This document shows positions 8,984-19,963 of a DNA stretch of 64,000 bases, in pieces. Within the stretch, counting starts at the first letter, position 1. Each line of letters begins with the position of its first letter. The translations under genes were made by a program, and so were the position numbers. The stretch is from NCBI GenBank assembly GCA_022530585.1, contig CP092821.1, positions 585,525 to 649,524 on the forward strand, in the 5' to 3' direction. The notes under the pieces are model-generated. The model had not been told where the DNA came from. It saw only the letters and a program-made list of their open reading frames with translations, and did no database searches. This DNA is from Candidatus Nealsonbacteria bacterium DGGOD1a. GTDB lineage: Bacteria; Patescibacteriota; Minisyncoccia; Minisyncoccales; UBA5738.

Positions 8984-10057
8984 ATGGACTCTTTTGTTGA
9001 TTTTACGCCAATCTATAAAATGATGGCAGATATGTTCTTGGTTATTTTTAATACGCTATTTTGGGGATTTTTATCAATGTGGCCAGTATGGACTTTTGTT
9101 TTGGTTATTGTAATCATCGTGCTTTTAGAAAGAAAACACATAAGAAATTTTTTTGATTGGGCAGGCTGGGAATTCTTTGAGATTTTAACGCGAATTTTTG
9201 GCTTATATATCCTATATTTGCTTTTGTTATTTTTTTCTCAAAGAGATAATTTTTGGAAATGGGTTTTTTATGGTTCAATAGTTATGATTGTAATTGTAGC
9301 AATCTGCTCATTGATTAGTTCGATAAATGTTAGAATAATTAGAAAAAAAATTGAAATACTTATAACAGGCGTAAAAGAAAACAACCTTGAAGAAAGTATT
9401 TATAAATTTATCGATGAATATAGCCATAGTAGTAGAAAATTAACAAAATGGAACTATCGAGGATATTCATTTGATCCCTATAAATTGGAAGATTTATCGA
9501 ATATTCTTCAAGATAAGGGAATCAATGCTTCGGTGGCCGAAACTCTATATTTAGTAAAAAGATATATCGAAAAGCGCGAGCGAGCAGCAACTTTACTTAG
9601 TCTGGAAGGAATAAACAGATCAATAGCGAAGCAAAATGAAAGCAATTTTCCATATCAAATAAATAACAATTTCCTTACCGAGAATGAAAAGAAATTATAT
9701 TACGCATTAGAGAATTTTGGAAAGAAAAATAACTTCCACATCCTATCAAAGGTTAGGCTTGAGGATTTGCTTTATCTCCCGCTAAAAACGAAAAATCGCT
9801 GGAAATATCATAATAAAGTAAAATCATATCACATTGATTTTGTAATATGTGATTATCAAAGTTTAAAACCAAAAATTGCGATTGAACTTAATGATTCAAC
9901 CCATTCTCGCCCCGATAGACAAAAACGTGACAAATTTATTAAAGAAGTTTTCGAGAGTATAAATCTACCATTGCTGTGGATGGAAACTCATAATTTCTAT
10001 GATCCAAATGAAATTTCAACAAGAATATTGAATATATTAAACCCCAACCAAAATTAA
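8984..10057 (+). CDS. Membrane protein with C-terminal DUF2726 (PD-(D/E)XK-like) domain
   Basis: N-terminal TM helices, then FLTENE..., KVRLEDLL, HIDFVICD, IAIELNDSTH and RDKF. Confidence 0.85.
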   Translation: MDSFVDFTPIYKMMADMFLVIFNTLFWGFLSMWPVWTFVLVIVIIVLLERKHIRNFFDWAGWEFFEILTRIFGLYILYLLLLFFSQRDNFWKWVFYGSIVMIVIVAICSLISSINVRIIRKKIEILITGVKENNLEESIYKFIDEYSHSSRKLTKWNYRGYSFDPYKLEDLSNILQDKGINASVAETLYLVKRYIEKRERAATLLSLEGINRSIAKQNESNFPYQINNNFLTENEKKLYYALENFGKKNNFHILSKVRLEDLLYLPLKTKNRWKYHNKVKSYHIDFVICDYQSLKPKIAIELNDSTHSRPDRQKRDKFIKEVFESINLPLLWMETHNFYDPNEISTRILNILNPNQN

Positions 10058-10101
10058 AGCCGTTCCAAATTTACCCCAAACGGACAGCGATTCGCCTTCA
10101 A

Positions 10102-10134
10102 TAAAAATTTCAGAGGGGATGGCCTTTTGTTTGC
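10102..10134 (+). repeat. 33-bp direct repeat, copy 2
   Basis: Identical to 8917-8949. Confidence 0.95.
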
Positions 10135-10241
10135 GAAAAAAACGGATCAAGGACGGTAAATTGGATTGAATCAGTACTTATTTAAATAAGTATTTAAATA
10201 AGTACTCGATATGGGTTGAAAAATTGGAGAGAAAAATATTT

Positions 10242-10726
10242 ATGATTATATTTATTAATGGTTCGATCAATGCCGGGAAAAGCACTGTTGCCAAGATATT
10301 GGCCGAGAGAATCGGTAACGCGGCTTTGGTTGAAATTGATGTCCTTAGGGAAATGATCGGATGGATGCCGATTGACCGGGCTGTTCCCATCAATCTCAAA
10401 AACGCGTTATCGGCAATTAAAAATTTTGCCGATGAAGGATTGAATATCATTGTTCCTTACCCGTTATCGCAGAAAAATTACGACTATTTGAAAAAGGAAT
10501 TAACGGGCATTGATTCGGATATCTTTTTTTCACGCTGGCGCCGGAATTGGCCAGGATATTAACAAACAGGGGCGGGCGGGAATTAAATGATTGGGAGCGG
10601 GATCGGATAAAATATCATTACCAAACAGGCATACAAAAACCTTCGTTCGGGAAAGTAATAGACAATACCAAACAAACTCCGGAAGAAACAGCCAATTTAA
10701 TATTTTCAATGATTTTTCACCGATAA
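10242..10726 (+). pseudogene. P-loop kinase (AAA_33-like), frameshifted at a T7 run
   Basis: Walker A GSINAGKST. The -1 frame after T7 (10524-10530) continues FTLAPELARILTNRGGRELNDWERDRIKYHY...IDNTKQTPEETA to TAA 10726. Confidence 0.75.
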
Positions 10727-10731
10727 TTTTT

Positions 10732-11226
10732 ATGGAAAAACCGGCTGGTAAAATTATTATGGGCAATGTGTGCTTTATTATTGATAGAAAAAACAATAAA
10801 GTGTTGTTGCTCAAAAGAAACCGCGCGCCGATGCAATCCATGTATACGGGCGTGGGCGGCAAAACCTTATCCAATGAAAGTCCGTTTGACTCTTGCGTTC
10901 GCGAGGCCAAAGAAGAAACCGGATTGGATATTTCGGAGGTTAAACTCAAGGGTGCGGTAAAAACAATTTTGGATGGAGGCGACTCTTCGTGGATTCTTTC
11001 GGTTTACACTGCCGGCGGTTTTTGCGGCGAGATGATTGAATGCGGTGAAGGAAAACTGGAATGGGTTGATATCAACTCCATCAATTCCCGCAAATTGATC
11101 GGGTTTATAGAAAAGATAATGCCGTATATTCTGGACGAGAGCGTAATCTTTGATGGAGTGATTATTCACGACATCAAAGGCAATGTTATCAAGGATAGCA
11201 TCAAAACATATTCGGCGCAGAATTAA
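10732..11226 (+). CDS. NUDIX hydrolase (8-oxo-dGTPase-like)
   Basis: Nudix box GGKTLSNESPFDSCVREAKEETGL. Confidence 0.9.
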   Translation: MEKPAGKIIMGNVCFIIDRKNNKVLLLKRNRAPMQSMYTGVGGKTLSNESPFDSCVREAKEETGLDISEVKLKGAVKTILDGGDSSWILSVYTAGGFCGEMIECGEGKLEWVDINSINSRKLIGFIEKIMPYILDESVIFDGVIIHDIKGNVIKDSIKTYSAQN

Positions 11227-11418
11227 AACTATGAATAAAAAAATTATATTTATGGCGACAGCCGTTGTTCTGGCGGCGGCGGCATGATTAGCGTTTATTT
11301 TTGGCGGTAACCACATTGATGGTTTTTTTGCAGATCATCGCATGGAGAATGAATTGGCTGTCGGGATACTGGTTGTTATGCTATAATTAAATCGCGACGA
11401 CAAATAAATATAAAGAAT

Positions 11419-11766
11419 ATGAAAATAATTAAGTGGACGGCGAGAATAAGCGCGCTTATCATCTTGGTTTTTGGTTTGTTGTTTTATTTCGGCTACGGAA
11501 ACCCTCTGCCGTTCGCCAATCCGAACTATTCATTGTGGGAAAATGTCGCACTGGCGATGATGCCTTTGATTTTTATCGGACTCGCTTTGGGTTGGAAATA
11601 TGAAAAAACCGGAGGTTATCTCGTGGTCATTCCAATGGCGATAGGTTTCTTGGTGGGACTGGCAACCGCCGCGAATTTCAGCGTCAATATGCTTTGGCCG
11701 CTGATTCCGGGAGGGTTGTATCTGGTATCGGGATATATGAATAATTCCCTGACAAAAAAATCTTAG
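11419..11766 (+). CDS. Small membrane protein
   Basis: Four hydrophobic segments; LALGWKYEKTGG. Confidence 0.75.
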   Translation: MKIIKWTARISALIILVFGLLFYFGYGNPLPFANPNYSLWENVALAMMPLIFIGLALGWKYEKTGGYLVVIPMAIGFLVGLATAANFSVNMLWPLIPGGLYLVSGYMNNSLTKKS

Positions 11767-11954
11767 AGGCTGTCTGAAAACTCCATTCAACTGCAATTTC
11801 CATATTTCGGCTGCGCCGAATTCATCAGTTGTCGGCAGACTTAGCTTAAGTATGCCTCCGCCTTCTTCATTCGGCTCGCATATTTCGCTATGCGAAATCG
11901 CTTCTGCCCCGAAATCTGAAAATTTCGTTCTGAATGGAGTTTTCAGACAGCCTC
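11766..11954. mobile_element. MITE with IS5-family-like ends
   Basis: 24-bp TIR GAGGCTGTCTGAAAACTCCATTCA / TGAATGGAGTTTTCAGACAGCCTC; TTA duplicated on both sides. Confidence 0.85.
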
Positions 11955-12153
11955 TTAGCAAGCTTTGCCATTTCCAGTGTAAGTTTACGCCGACAAAACA
12001 CTCCGGGAAATCATCCCGGGGCATTGTTTAACTGTTTATTTAAAGAAATAATTTTTAGCGCGGCAATCTCGATTGGCCGTCTCGACCATGATTTTCGGGG
12101 ATCAGCTCACTTACGCTAAACGATCTAAAATAAGCGTTTTATAACAATTTTTA

Positions 12154-12654
12154 ATGACAATTGATGATTTGAAAAAGCTTGCGCGGGAAATAATCGCGGA
12201 GGCGCAACGACTAAAAATCGCGCATACTTCTGAAGATAAAGCGCCAGTCAATTATGCCTGCGCATTTGCCCGCCGCGTCGCGGAATACGAAGAAATGGTT
12301 GATTTGGCCCGCCAACTGGGCCCGATTGCGCGAAATACGGCGATGGGACCGGTTTTCCATATTGATCCTTTGCCCACCGTGGCGGGCAGCCTGGAACTGT
12401 TGAAAATCCGGCGGCCCGACACAAAGCGAAGGGAGAGAGGCGATGCGGATTTTACCGTGGCGAATTATGAAAATTTTAAAAAGAAATATCTTGGCAAGCC
12501 GGAATTTGGCATTATCAAACGCCCCGAAATGGAAATGGTCGAGCTGATCGACCCGACATACGACGCCCTTGCGTACTTCTCGCATCCCACACTTGTCGAA
12601 GTTATAAGAATCAATCTCGACAAAAAAATAGCCGAAACTGTCGAAACCGATTGA
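12154..12654 (+). CDS. Hypothetical protein
   Basis: 166 aa ORF with host-like codon usage. Confidence 0.7.
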   Translation: MTIDDLKKLAREIIAEAQRLKIAHTSEDKAPVNYACAFARRVAEYEEMVDLARQLGPIARNTAMGPVFHIDPLPTVAGSLELLKIRRPDTKRRERGDADFTVANYENFKKKYLGKPEFGIIKRPEMEMVELIDPTYDALAYFSHPTLVEVIRINLDKKIAETVETD

Positions 12655-12739
12655 TTTTATTTTTAACGGCATGGATGGCCCCAAAATCCGGCCGGCGTTC
12701 AATCTCTTTTTGAACACTACGAAACCAAAAAGCAACACA

Positions 12740-13399
12740 ATGGATATAAATATAAAAATCAAAGACCCGGTTAGCGGTTATTCTCATTTGGTTGGCGCGG
12801 TTTTGGTGTTTATCGGCACAATCGCCCTTGCGTTAAAAGCGGACGGCGCGCTCCAAATGTTTTCGTTTCTGGTTTTTGGCATTTCGGCAACCTTGCTCTA
12901 CGCGAGCAGCGCCTGGTACCATTTGTTTGGCGCGTCGGCCGAAAAAATCGGCCTGATGCGCAAACTGGATCATGCTTTTATTTATATTTTGATCGCGGGA
13001 ACCTTCACGCCGTTCTGCTTGATATTGATGGGCGGACTCTGGGGCATTATCCTTTTTGCCATAATATGGACTTTGGCCGCGATTGGAACCGGCGCGATTT
13101 TTTTTCAATCATTCTGGAAATTTTTCCCGCGCTGGGCCTATACGGGACTTTATCTGTTGATGGGATGGATCGCCCTTTTGCTGATATACCCGCTGCGGAA
13201 ACATCATGCCGTCATTGGTCTGTTGTTGCTCGGAGGAATTTTTTACACGATTGGCGCCGCGATTTACGCCCGCAAAAAACCGAACATCGGCAAAGCGATC
13301 GGTTTCCACGAACTTTTCCATTTCTTCGTGCTGGCCGGCACGCTGGCGCATTTTTATTGCGTCTGGCGCTACATCGCGATGCTGGGAAATAAAATCTAG
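12740..13399 (+). CDS. Hemolysin III / PAQR family membrane protein
   Basis: SAWYH, RKLDHAFIYILIAGTFTP and FHELFHFFV motifs. Confidence 0.92.
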   Translation: MDINIKIKDPVSGYSHLVGAVLVFIGTIALALKADGALQMFSFLVFGISATLLYASSAWYHLFGASAEKIGLMRKLDHAFIYILIAGTFTPFCLILMGGLWGIILFAIIWTLAAIGTGAIFFQSFWKFFPRWAYTGLYLLMGWIALLLIYPLRKHHAVIGLLLLGGIFYTIGAAIYARKKPNIGKAIGFHELFHFFVLAGTLAHFYCVWRYIAMLGNKI

Positions 13400-13468
13400 C
13401 ATTTGCCCCCGGCTTGGTCTGCGCCGCGCTTGAAATAATTTTTTTTTGCGTTAATATCTAGTTATATT

Positions 13469-13687
13469 ATGAAAAAGATTGATTTAAAAAATGTGGTCTG
13501 GAAGGAAGGTAAGTATTATGTGGCGTGGAACTTAAACACTGCCATTTCCAGTTTTGGCAAAACCCGCAAGGAAGCGTTGGAGTGTTTGCGGGAAGCGCTG
13601 GAATTGCATTTTGAAGACGCGCCCGCTTCCACGATCAATAAGGTTGAACGGCCGGATTTGGTACCAACCAGTTTTAAATATGCCTAA
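13469..13687 (+). CDS. hicB: HicB-family antitoxin
   Basis: VWKEGKYYVA...SSFGKTRKEALECLREALEL. Confidence 0.85.
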   Translation: MKKIDLKNVVWKEGKYYVAWNLNTAISSFGKTRKEALECLREALELHFEDAPASTINKVERPDLVPTSFKYA

Positions 13688-13895
13688 GCCGATACCCTTG
13701 AAATCAGTTTTGAAAGTCCTTAAAGAAAGGGGCTTCTTTTTTATCCGACAAAAAGGTTCGCACGCGCGGTTCCGCAAAATCGGCAATCCAACCCGCAATG
13801 TTACGGTTAAAACAACTTGCAATGAAATCCCGTATGGCACTTTTCAATCAATACTCCTCCAATCCGGTTTAAAAGAAGAGGATTTTTTTAATTAA
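13680..13895 (+). CDS. hicA: HicA-family toxin
   Basis: GFFFIRQKGSH...GTFQSILLQSGL; overlaps the end of hicB. Confidence 0.88.
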   Translation: MPKPIPLKSVLKVLKERGFFFIRQKGSHARFRKIGNPTRNVTVKTTCNEIPYGTFQSILLQSGLKEEDFFN

Positions 13896-14009
13896 AAAAT
13901 ACATTGATGTCGGGGTATTAACCCCGCCATCGACCAAAGGATGTTTCCTTTGGAATTCTCATTCTTTTTGTTCCCCGCGGCAAGTTGACGAGGTATAAAA
14001 AGAATAAAT
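13894..14009 (+). repeat. Three-hairpin repeat family B, copy 1
   Basis: AAAAAATACATTGATGTCGGGGTATTAACCCCGCCATC..CCAAAGGATGTTTCCTTTGG..ATTCTTTTTGTTCCCCGCGG..GGTATAAAAAGAAT; also at 16091, 40097 and 50715. Confidence 0.92.
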
Positions 14010-14015
14010 CTCGCC

Positions 14016-14251
14016 ATGTATTTTGTCTACCTTATCCAATGCGGCGACGACAGTATTTACACCGGCATTGCCACGGATGTGACGCAACGGTTCGAAAAAC
14101 ACAAAAACAAAAATGGCGGACATTGTACCGCCAGCCGCGGGACAAAAAAATAATCTATTCCGAAAAATACGCCGCCCGGTTATTGGCCTCAAAGCGGAAA
14201 ACTGAAATCAAAAGCTGGGCTCGCGCAAGAAAACTTCGTTTGGTCAAATGA
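14016..14251 (+). pseudogene. GIY-YIG nuclease, frameshifted at an A7 run
   Basis: MYFVYLIQCGDDSIYTGIATDVTQRFEKH...TKK*; the -1 frame after A7 (14144-14150) continues IIYSEKY...[10 protein letters not shown]. Confidence 0.8.
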
Positions 14252-14255
14252 CATT

Positions 14256-16118
14256 ATGAAATCTTTGCTTAAACAATATTTTGGCTATGATGAGTTCCGG
14301 CCTTTGCAGGAGGAGATTGTCAATCACATCATTGCGGGAAACGATGCGTTTGTTTTGATGCCCACGGGCGGGGGAAAGTCGCTTTGCTATCAACTGCCCG
14401 CGCTAAAATTCGCGGGGCTGACCTTGGTGATCTCGCCTTTGATCGCCTTAATGAAAGACCAAGTGGACGCGCTGAAAACCAACGGCGTGGACGCGGAATT
14501 CATAAATTCATCGCTGTCGCCAAAGCAAACCGCGGAAGTTTTTGGCCGCGTTAAAAGCGGCGCGGTTAAAATTTTATATGTTGCGCCGGAAAGATTTGCT
14601 TTGAGCGCCTTTCAGGAATTTTTAAAAAGCTTGAATATCAGTTTGATCGCGGTGGACGAAGCGCATTGCATTTCCGAATGGGGCCATGATTTCCGGCCCG
14701 ATTACCGCCATTTGAGCCGACTCAAAGAACTTTTCCCAACGGTACCGCTGGTGGCCCTAACCGCCACGGCCACCAAAAAAGTGCGCGAAGATATTGCCGG
14801 CCAGCTGCAATTGCGAAGCGCGCGAGTTTTTGTTTCCAGTTTCAACCGCGAAAATCTGCATCTGCGGGTGGTCGAAAAGAAACAAGCTTTTCCGAAATTG
14901 CTGAATCTTCTGCAAAATTACCGCGATGAACCGGCAATCATCTACTGTTTTTCGCGCCGGGAAACCGAAGAAATCGCCCAGGATTTGCGCGCGCACCGAT
15001 TCAAAGCCGAAGCCTACCACGCCGGATTGAGCGCCAAGGATCGCAACCGAACGCAAGAACTGTTTATTAAAGACGAGATAAGCGTGATCGTAGCCACGAT
15101 CGCTTTCGGCATGGGCATCGACAAGCCGGATGTGCGATTGGTGGTGCATTATACTTACCCCAAAACCCTTGAGGGTTACTATCAAGAAATCGGCCGCGCC
15201 GGGCGCGACGGCCTGGCCAGCGAATGCGTTTTGTTTTACACCTATGCCGATACCCGGAAACACGAATTTTTCATCAACCAAATCGAAGACGGCGACGCGC
15301 AAAAACGAGCGATGGCTAAATTGCGCGAGGTAATGAATTATGCCGAATTGAGTTCTTGCCGGAAAAAATATATTTTAAGATATTTTGGCGAAGATCTTGC
15401 GGCCGATAACTGCCAAGGATGCGATGTTTGCGTCGAGAAAAACGCGGCCAAAACAACCCCGGCGGGAAATGACCGAAACTTCGACGGCACAATTGTCGCC
15501 AAAAAGATTATTTCAGCCGTTATCCGGCTTCATGGCCGCTTCGGTAAAAATTATGCGGCCGATGTCCTGTTGGGAAAAAGAACCCAAAAGATAACGGCAA
15601 ACCGGCACAACCGGCTTTCGGTATATGGAATTGTCGGCGATTTTTCAAAAAACGAACTTCTGCAAATTATGGATCAACTGGTGAATCTGGGTTTGCTGGC
15701 AAGGAAAGAAGGGCTTTACCCGGTTTTATCGGCCACCCGGAAGGGATTGATTTTCGCGCAAGGCGGCGAACGGCTTGAATTGCGAAAATTGATTGAAAAA
15801 GAAACCGAACCCGCCAATATCCCAGAAACCAAAAAAGACAACGCCGCTTTCAATCGGGAACTGTTCGAAAAACTGCGCGCTTTGCGCAAGGAACTGGCCG
15901 ATAAAGCCGGCGTACCGCCATTTGTTGTTTTCAGCAATGTATCGCTTCAGGAAATGGCTTATTATTTGCCGCAAACCACCGACGATTTCGGCCGCATCAA
16001 CGGCGTGGGCGCAATGAAGCAGAAACAATTCGGAAAGATATTTCTTGCCGCGATAAACAAATTTGCCAAAGAAAACAATACCGGCGGAATAAAAAATACA
16101 TCGATGTCGGGGTATTAA
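14256..16118 (+). CDS. recQ: ATP-dependent DNA helicase RecQ
   Basis: [39 protein letters not shown], Zn-binding Cys, RQC and HRDC regions. Confidence 0.97.
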   Translation: MKSLLKQYFGYDEFRPLQEEIVNHIIAGNDAFVLMPTGGGKSLCYQLPALKFAGLTLVISPLIALMKDQVDALKTNGVDAEFINSSLSPKQTAEVFGRVKSGAVKILYVAPERFALSAFQEFLKSLNISLIAVDEAHCISEWGHDFRPDYRHLSRLKELFPTVPLVALTATATKKVREDIAGQLQLRSARVFVSSFNRENLHLRVVEKKQAFPKLLNLLQNYRDEPAIIYCFSRRETEEIAQDLRAHRFKAEAYHAGLSAKDRNRTQELFIKDEISVIVATIAFGMGIDKPDVRLVVHYTYPKTLEGYYQEIGRAGRDGLASECVLFYTYADTRKHEFFINQIEDGDAQKRAMAKLREVMNYAELSSCRKKYILRYFGEDLAADNCQGCDVCVEKNAAKTTPAGNDRNFDGTIVAKKIISAVIRLHGRFGKNYAADVLLGKRTQKITANRHNRLSVYGIVGDFSKNELLQIMDQLVNLGLLARKEGLYPVLSATRKGLIFAQGGERLELRKLIEKETEPANIPETKKDNAAFNRELFEKLRALRKELADKAGVPPFVVFSNVSLQEMAYYLPQTTDDFGRINGVGAMKQKQFGKIFLAAINKFAKENNTGGIKNTSMSGY

Positions 16119-16197
16119 CCTCGCCATCGACCAAAGGATGTTTCCTTTGGAATCCTCATTCTTTTTGTTCCCCGCGGCGAGCTGACGGGTAAAAAAA
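16091..16197 (+). repeat. Three-hairpin repeat family B, copy 2 (overlaps the recQ stop)
   Basis: Matches copy 1; supplies the final recQ codons and TAA. Confidence 0.9.
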
Positions 16198-16238
16198 CAG
16201 CATATGAACGCGGCCGGTGGCAATCGCCATTTGCCACG

Positions 16239-16394
16239 GCAACCCCTCACTGGGAATGGAATTTCAAGGGTCTATCCCTCGTTAATGCGAGGGTTAGACC
16301 CTTGAAATTCACCCCGAATGCTTTCTTGCCAGGGTCTAACCCCTGCGATTACACAGGGGATAGACCCTTAAAATACAAACTCCAGTGAGTGGTT
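16239..16394. mobile_element. MITE with IS1595-like ends and REP-like cargo
   Basis: Ends GCAACCCCTCACTGG / CCAGTGAGTGGTT; 8-bp duplication TTGCCACG (16231-16238, 16395-16402); internal GGGTCTATCCC/GGGTTAGACCC hairpins. Confidence 0.75.
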
Positions 16395-16427
16395 TTGCCA
16401 CGCTATCGACATTTTCAGGCAAATGTA

Positions 16428-17558
16428 TTATTGACCTTCGCATAATAACTTGACTATAATCGCCTTTGTGGGATAATGAAGGTATATGAAAAATCGTAAA
16501 TCTTCACCATCTTGCAAAAGCAAAGATGATCTTCAGAAAAGAAGAATCAAAGCGATAAAGCTTTGGGAAAAAGGCCAAACCCAATATAAAATCGCCAAAA
16601 AACTGGGAGTCAGTTTTGAAGCGGTGAGCAATTGGGTGGAAGCATACAAAGCCCAAGGATGGGATGGCCTGAAAAGCAAAGGCAATCCCGGGCCGGATTC
16701 CAAATTGACCCAAGAGGAAAAACGCGAAATCAAAAAAGCGATCCTCAAAGGAGCGCAAAAGCAGGGATATGCCACCGATCTTTGGACGCTGGCAAGACTG
16801 CGAGATCTGATCAAAAAGATATCGGGAACAAAATATCACCCCGGCCATGTCTGGAGGGTGGTAATCTCGCTGGGTTTTACCAGCCAAAAACCCGAAATCA
16901 AAGCCAAAGAAAGAGATGAGAAAGCCATCAAAACTTGGAGAGTAAAAACCTTTCCAAGGTTAAAAAAAATGGGCGCAAAAACATCATTTTAAGCTGGGAT
17001 TCCATGATGAATCGGGAATTTCCGACCGCCCCACGGTCAGAAAAACCTGGGCGATTAAAGGCAAAACGCCGGTAATCAAATCCACCGGATCGTGGGCCGC
17101 AATGAGTTTGACGGCAACGCTGGTTTGCGCGCCGGCAGGAAGCAATCCGGCGATGTTTTTGAAAAGCAAAAAAGGAAGCGTCAAAAAAGAAGATGTGCTT
17201 GTATATTTAAAATTATTAAAATACTGGTTTAAGGGAAAAAGATTGCTTCTTTTCTGGGATGGATTGGCGGCACATCGCGCCAAGATCGTCAAAGAATATT
17301 TAAAAACTCAAAAATACTGGTTGCGAGTTGAGAGATTTCCGGCCTACGCGCCCGAGCTTAATCCCGTTGAATATTTTTGGGCGGCGATGAAAAACAAATA
17401 TGTCTGCAACTTGCGGCCGCAAGGCCTGCCCGCCCTGGGGCGGGCGGTCAAATCCGGCAAACGCAAGATCGCCGGAGACAAAGAATTAATGAAAGGATTT
17501 TTAAAGGCTTCCGAATTATATTGATATGATAGTCAATCTATTATGCGAAGGTCAATAG
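16428..17558 (+). mobile_element. IS630-family insertion sequence
   Basis: TIR TTATTGACCTTCGCATAATA / TATTATGCGAAGGTCAATAG; TA on both flanks; split transposase. Confidence 0.93.
16486..17524 (+). CDS. IS630 transposase in two frames joined at an A8 tract (16962-16969, +1 shift)
   Basis: HTH ORF 16486-16992; second frame WAQKHHFKLGFHDESG...WDGLAAH...PAYAPELNPVE (DDE). Confidence 0.88.
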
Positions 17559-17652
17559 TATAAAAAAATTTAAAACCGCAAAACAAAAATTCAGTGCCGG
17601 ATTAACCCTGACGATCGGGCAATGAATTATGTGGCGCAGTCAACGGAAAAAT

Positions 17653-19587
17653 ATGAAGAATAAAATTGCCTTATTGGCAGCCTGTTTACTGACAATCGCC
17701 GGATCGGCGTTGGCCGAATCCGATAACGCCATTCTTTTATCTCCCCAATCTGATTCGCAAGCCTTTATCAACGAATCGAATAACGGCGGTGAATATATCG
17801 CCGATGAAATAATCGTTAAATTCAAGGGCGACAAAACCGATTTTAGAGTTCTTAAGGTTGCCCGAGGCCTAGTGGGAACCATAATAAAAGAATACCTCAA
17901 ACATGCCGATGTGGAATACGCCGAACCCAATTACATCGCGCACGCCCTGATGGTTCCCAATGATTCCCTATACAAATACCAATGGAATTTCGGCAGTTCA
18001 GATAAAAACGGGATCAATATGGAAAAAGCATGGAATATCACCGCGGGCGATAATTCAGTAATCGTGGCCGTGGTGGACACCGGGATCGCCTATGAAACTT
18101 ACGGAAAATTTTGCCAAGCGCCGGATATGGCCCAAACCCGTTTTACCGCCGGTTACAATTTCGTTTCAAATACCGCGCACGCCAATGACGATCAAGGTCA
18201 CGGCACGCATGTTGCCGGAACAATCGCCCAGAGTACCAATAACTCTCTGGGAACTTCCGGCATCGCATTCAATACCACATTGATGCCGGTGAAAGTTTTG
18301 AATAGTTCGGGCAGCGGTTCTTACTCGACGATCGCCAATGGCATTCGTTATGCCGTCGACCACGGCGCCAAAGTAATCAACTTAAGCTTGGGCGGGAGCA
18401 AAAGCAACACGACCCTGAAAAACGCGATAAAATACGCCTACGACAAGGGCGTAACGGTAGTGGCGGCTTGCGGCAACGACAATGCCAGCGGTTGCCTGTA
18501 CCCCGCCGCTTACAGCGACTATGTCATTTCAGTGGGCGCCACTCAATATGACGGCACCAAAGCCCCCTATTCGAACTACGGCTCCAATTTGAACATTGTC
18601 GCGCCGGGAGGCAACACTAAGGTTGATCTGAATAACGATGGCCAAAAAGACGGAATTTTACAGCAAACCATTACCGACTCCAGCAATGTTTGCAGTTTCA
18701 ACTATTACCTCTATCAGGGAACTTCGATGGCCACGCCCCACATCGCCGGTATTGCCGCCCTGTTGCTCGCCAAGGGCAACGCCACCACGCCCGACCAGAT
18801 AAAAACCGCGATTGATTCGACGGCCAAAGATTTGGGTGCGGCCGGCAAAGACAAAACTTACGGCTATGGTTTGGCCGATGCCTATGCGGCATTGCAATGG
18901 CCCGACAACGGCCAACCAGAATGCAGTGTTGACGGTGATTGCAACGATGGTTTGAATTGCAACGGCATCGAAACCTGCCAAACCGGAAAATGCGTTGCCG
19001 GAACTGCCGTTAATTGCTCCTCGTTAACCGACAAATGCAACACCGGTACCTGTATCGAATCAAGCGACGCTTGCGGCGCAACCCCGAAAACCAACGGAAC
19101 TTCCTGCGATGATGGGATTTACTGCAACGGATCAGAAACCTGCCAAGCCGGAACCTGCACCGTGGGCGGCGCGGTAGTTTGCAACGACAACAGCGATTGC
19201 ACCAGCGACAGTTGCAGTGAAACAACAAAGTCTTGTTCATATATCGCCAAAAGCGACAACACCATCTGCGATTCCGGAATTTGCTGTGCCGGATCATGCA
19301 AACCCGGCATCGCGGCTTGCTCGACCGCGACAACCTGTTGGAACGGAACAAACCAGTATTTAAGCTTGGCAACGGCGCAATTCAAAAAATTCTGCAAATG
19401 CGCGCAAGGAACCTATGCCTATAAAAACTACAAATCGAGTTTTAGCCGGAAAACCGTGTGGAAATACGGCAATACCGGCGACAACGAGATATGGACCGTT
19501 TCGTCAGCAACATCGCTCAGCCCGGTCTACAGCGTAACATGCAACGACAACAAAGCCTATCTTACCAGCCAAACTTACGCCAGGTAG
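17653..19587 (+). CDS. Secreted subtilisin-like S8 serine protease with Cys-rich C-terminal repeats
   Basis: Signal peptide; VDTG, HGTHVAG and GTSMATPH triad; repeats CNDGLNCNGIETC / CDDGIYCNGSETC. Confidence 0.93.
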   Translation: MKNKIALLAACLLTIAGSALAESDNAILLSPQSDSQAFINESNNGGEYIADEIIVKFKGDKTDFRVLKVARGLVGTIIKEYLKHADVEYAEPNYIAHALMVPNDSLYKYQWNFGSSDKNGINMEKAWNITAGDNSVIVAVVDTGIAYETYGKFCQAPDMAQTRFTAGYNFVSNTAHANDDQGHGTHVAGTIAQSTNNSLGTSGIAFNTTLMPVKVLNSSGSGSYSTIANGIRYAVDHGAKVINLSLGGSKSNTTLKNAIKYAYDKGVTVVAACGNDNASGCLYPAAYSDYVISVGATQYDGTKAPYSNYGSNLNIVAPGGNTKVDLNNDGQKDGILQQTITDSSNVCSFNYYLYQGTSMATPHIAGIAALLLAKGNATTPDQIKTAIDSTAKDLGAAGKDKTYGYGLADAYAALQWPDNGQPECSVDGDCNDGLNCNGIETCQTGKCVAGTAVNCSSLTDKCNTGTCIESSDACGATPKTNGTSCDDGIYCNGSETCQAGTCTVGGAVVCNDNSDCTSDSCSETTKSCSYIAKSDNTICDSGICCAGSCKPGIAACSTATTCWNGTNQYLSLATAQFKKFCKCAQGTYAYKNYKSSFSRKTVWKYGNTGDNEIWTVSSATSLSPVYSVTCNDNKAYLTSQTYAR

Positions 19588-19602
19588 AAATTAACCAACA
19601 AA

Positions 19603-19631
19603 AACCGCGGGTTTGCCTTTCCGCGGTTTTT
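19603..19631 (+). terminator. Intrinsic terminator
   Basis: AACCGCGG...CCGCGGTTTTT hairpin plus T-run after the S8 stop. Confidence 0.75.
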
Positions 19632-19963
19632 GTTGTAAAAAAACATTAATAACGGAAATTGTTCTTGATACTTTTTTTGATACGGTAAAAACGATTCCAC
19701 TTTGCCGGCGATTTATGTCGTTATTGAACTCGAGAAATATAAATTTGGCGCCGCGGTTTCCGGTTTATGCGCCGGCGCTCGGCTCCCGCAAGATAAAAAA
19801 TATCGCCGCGGCCATCGCTATACCGTTGGAAATCGGTTTAATCGCGGGTTTGGTGATTCAATCCCTTCCTTAAATCGTGATAATTTGCAATAATGTAATC
19901 AATCGCGCCGCGACAAAATCATACGGCATAATTTTAGCAAACAATGAATACCTTGTCGCTTTA

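Noticed and set aside
11231..11340. In-frame TGA in a signal-peptide-like ORF as a sign of genetic code 25
   Set aside because: Many intact genes here end in TGA (mltG, radC, xseA, S11), so this is more likely a decayed gene remnant.
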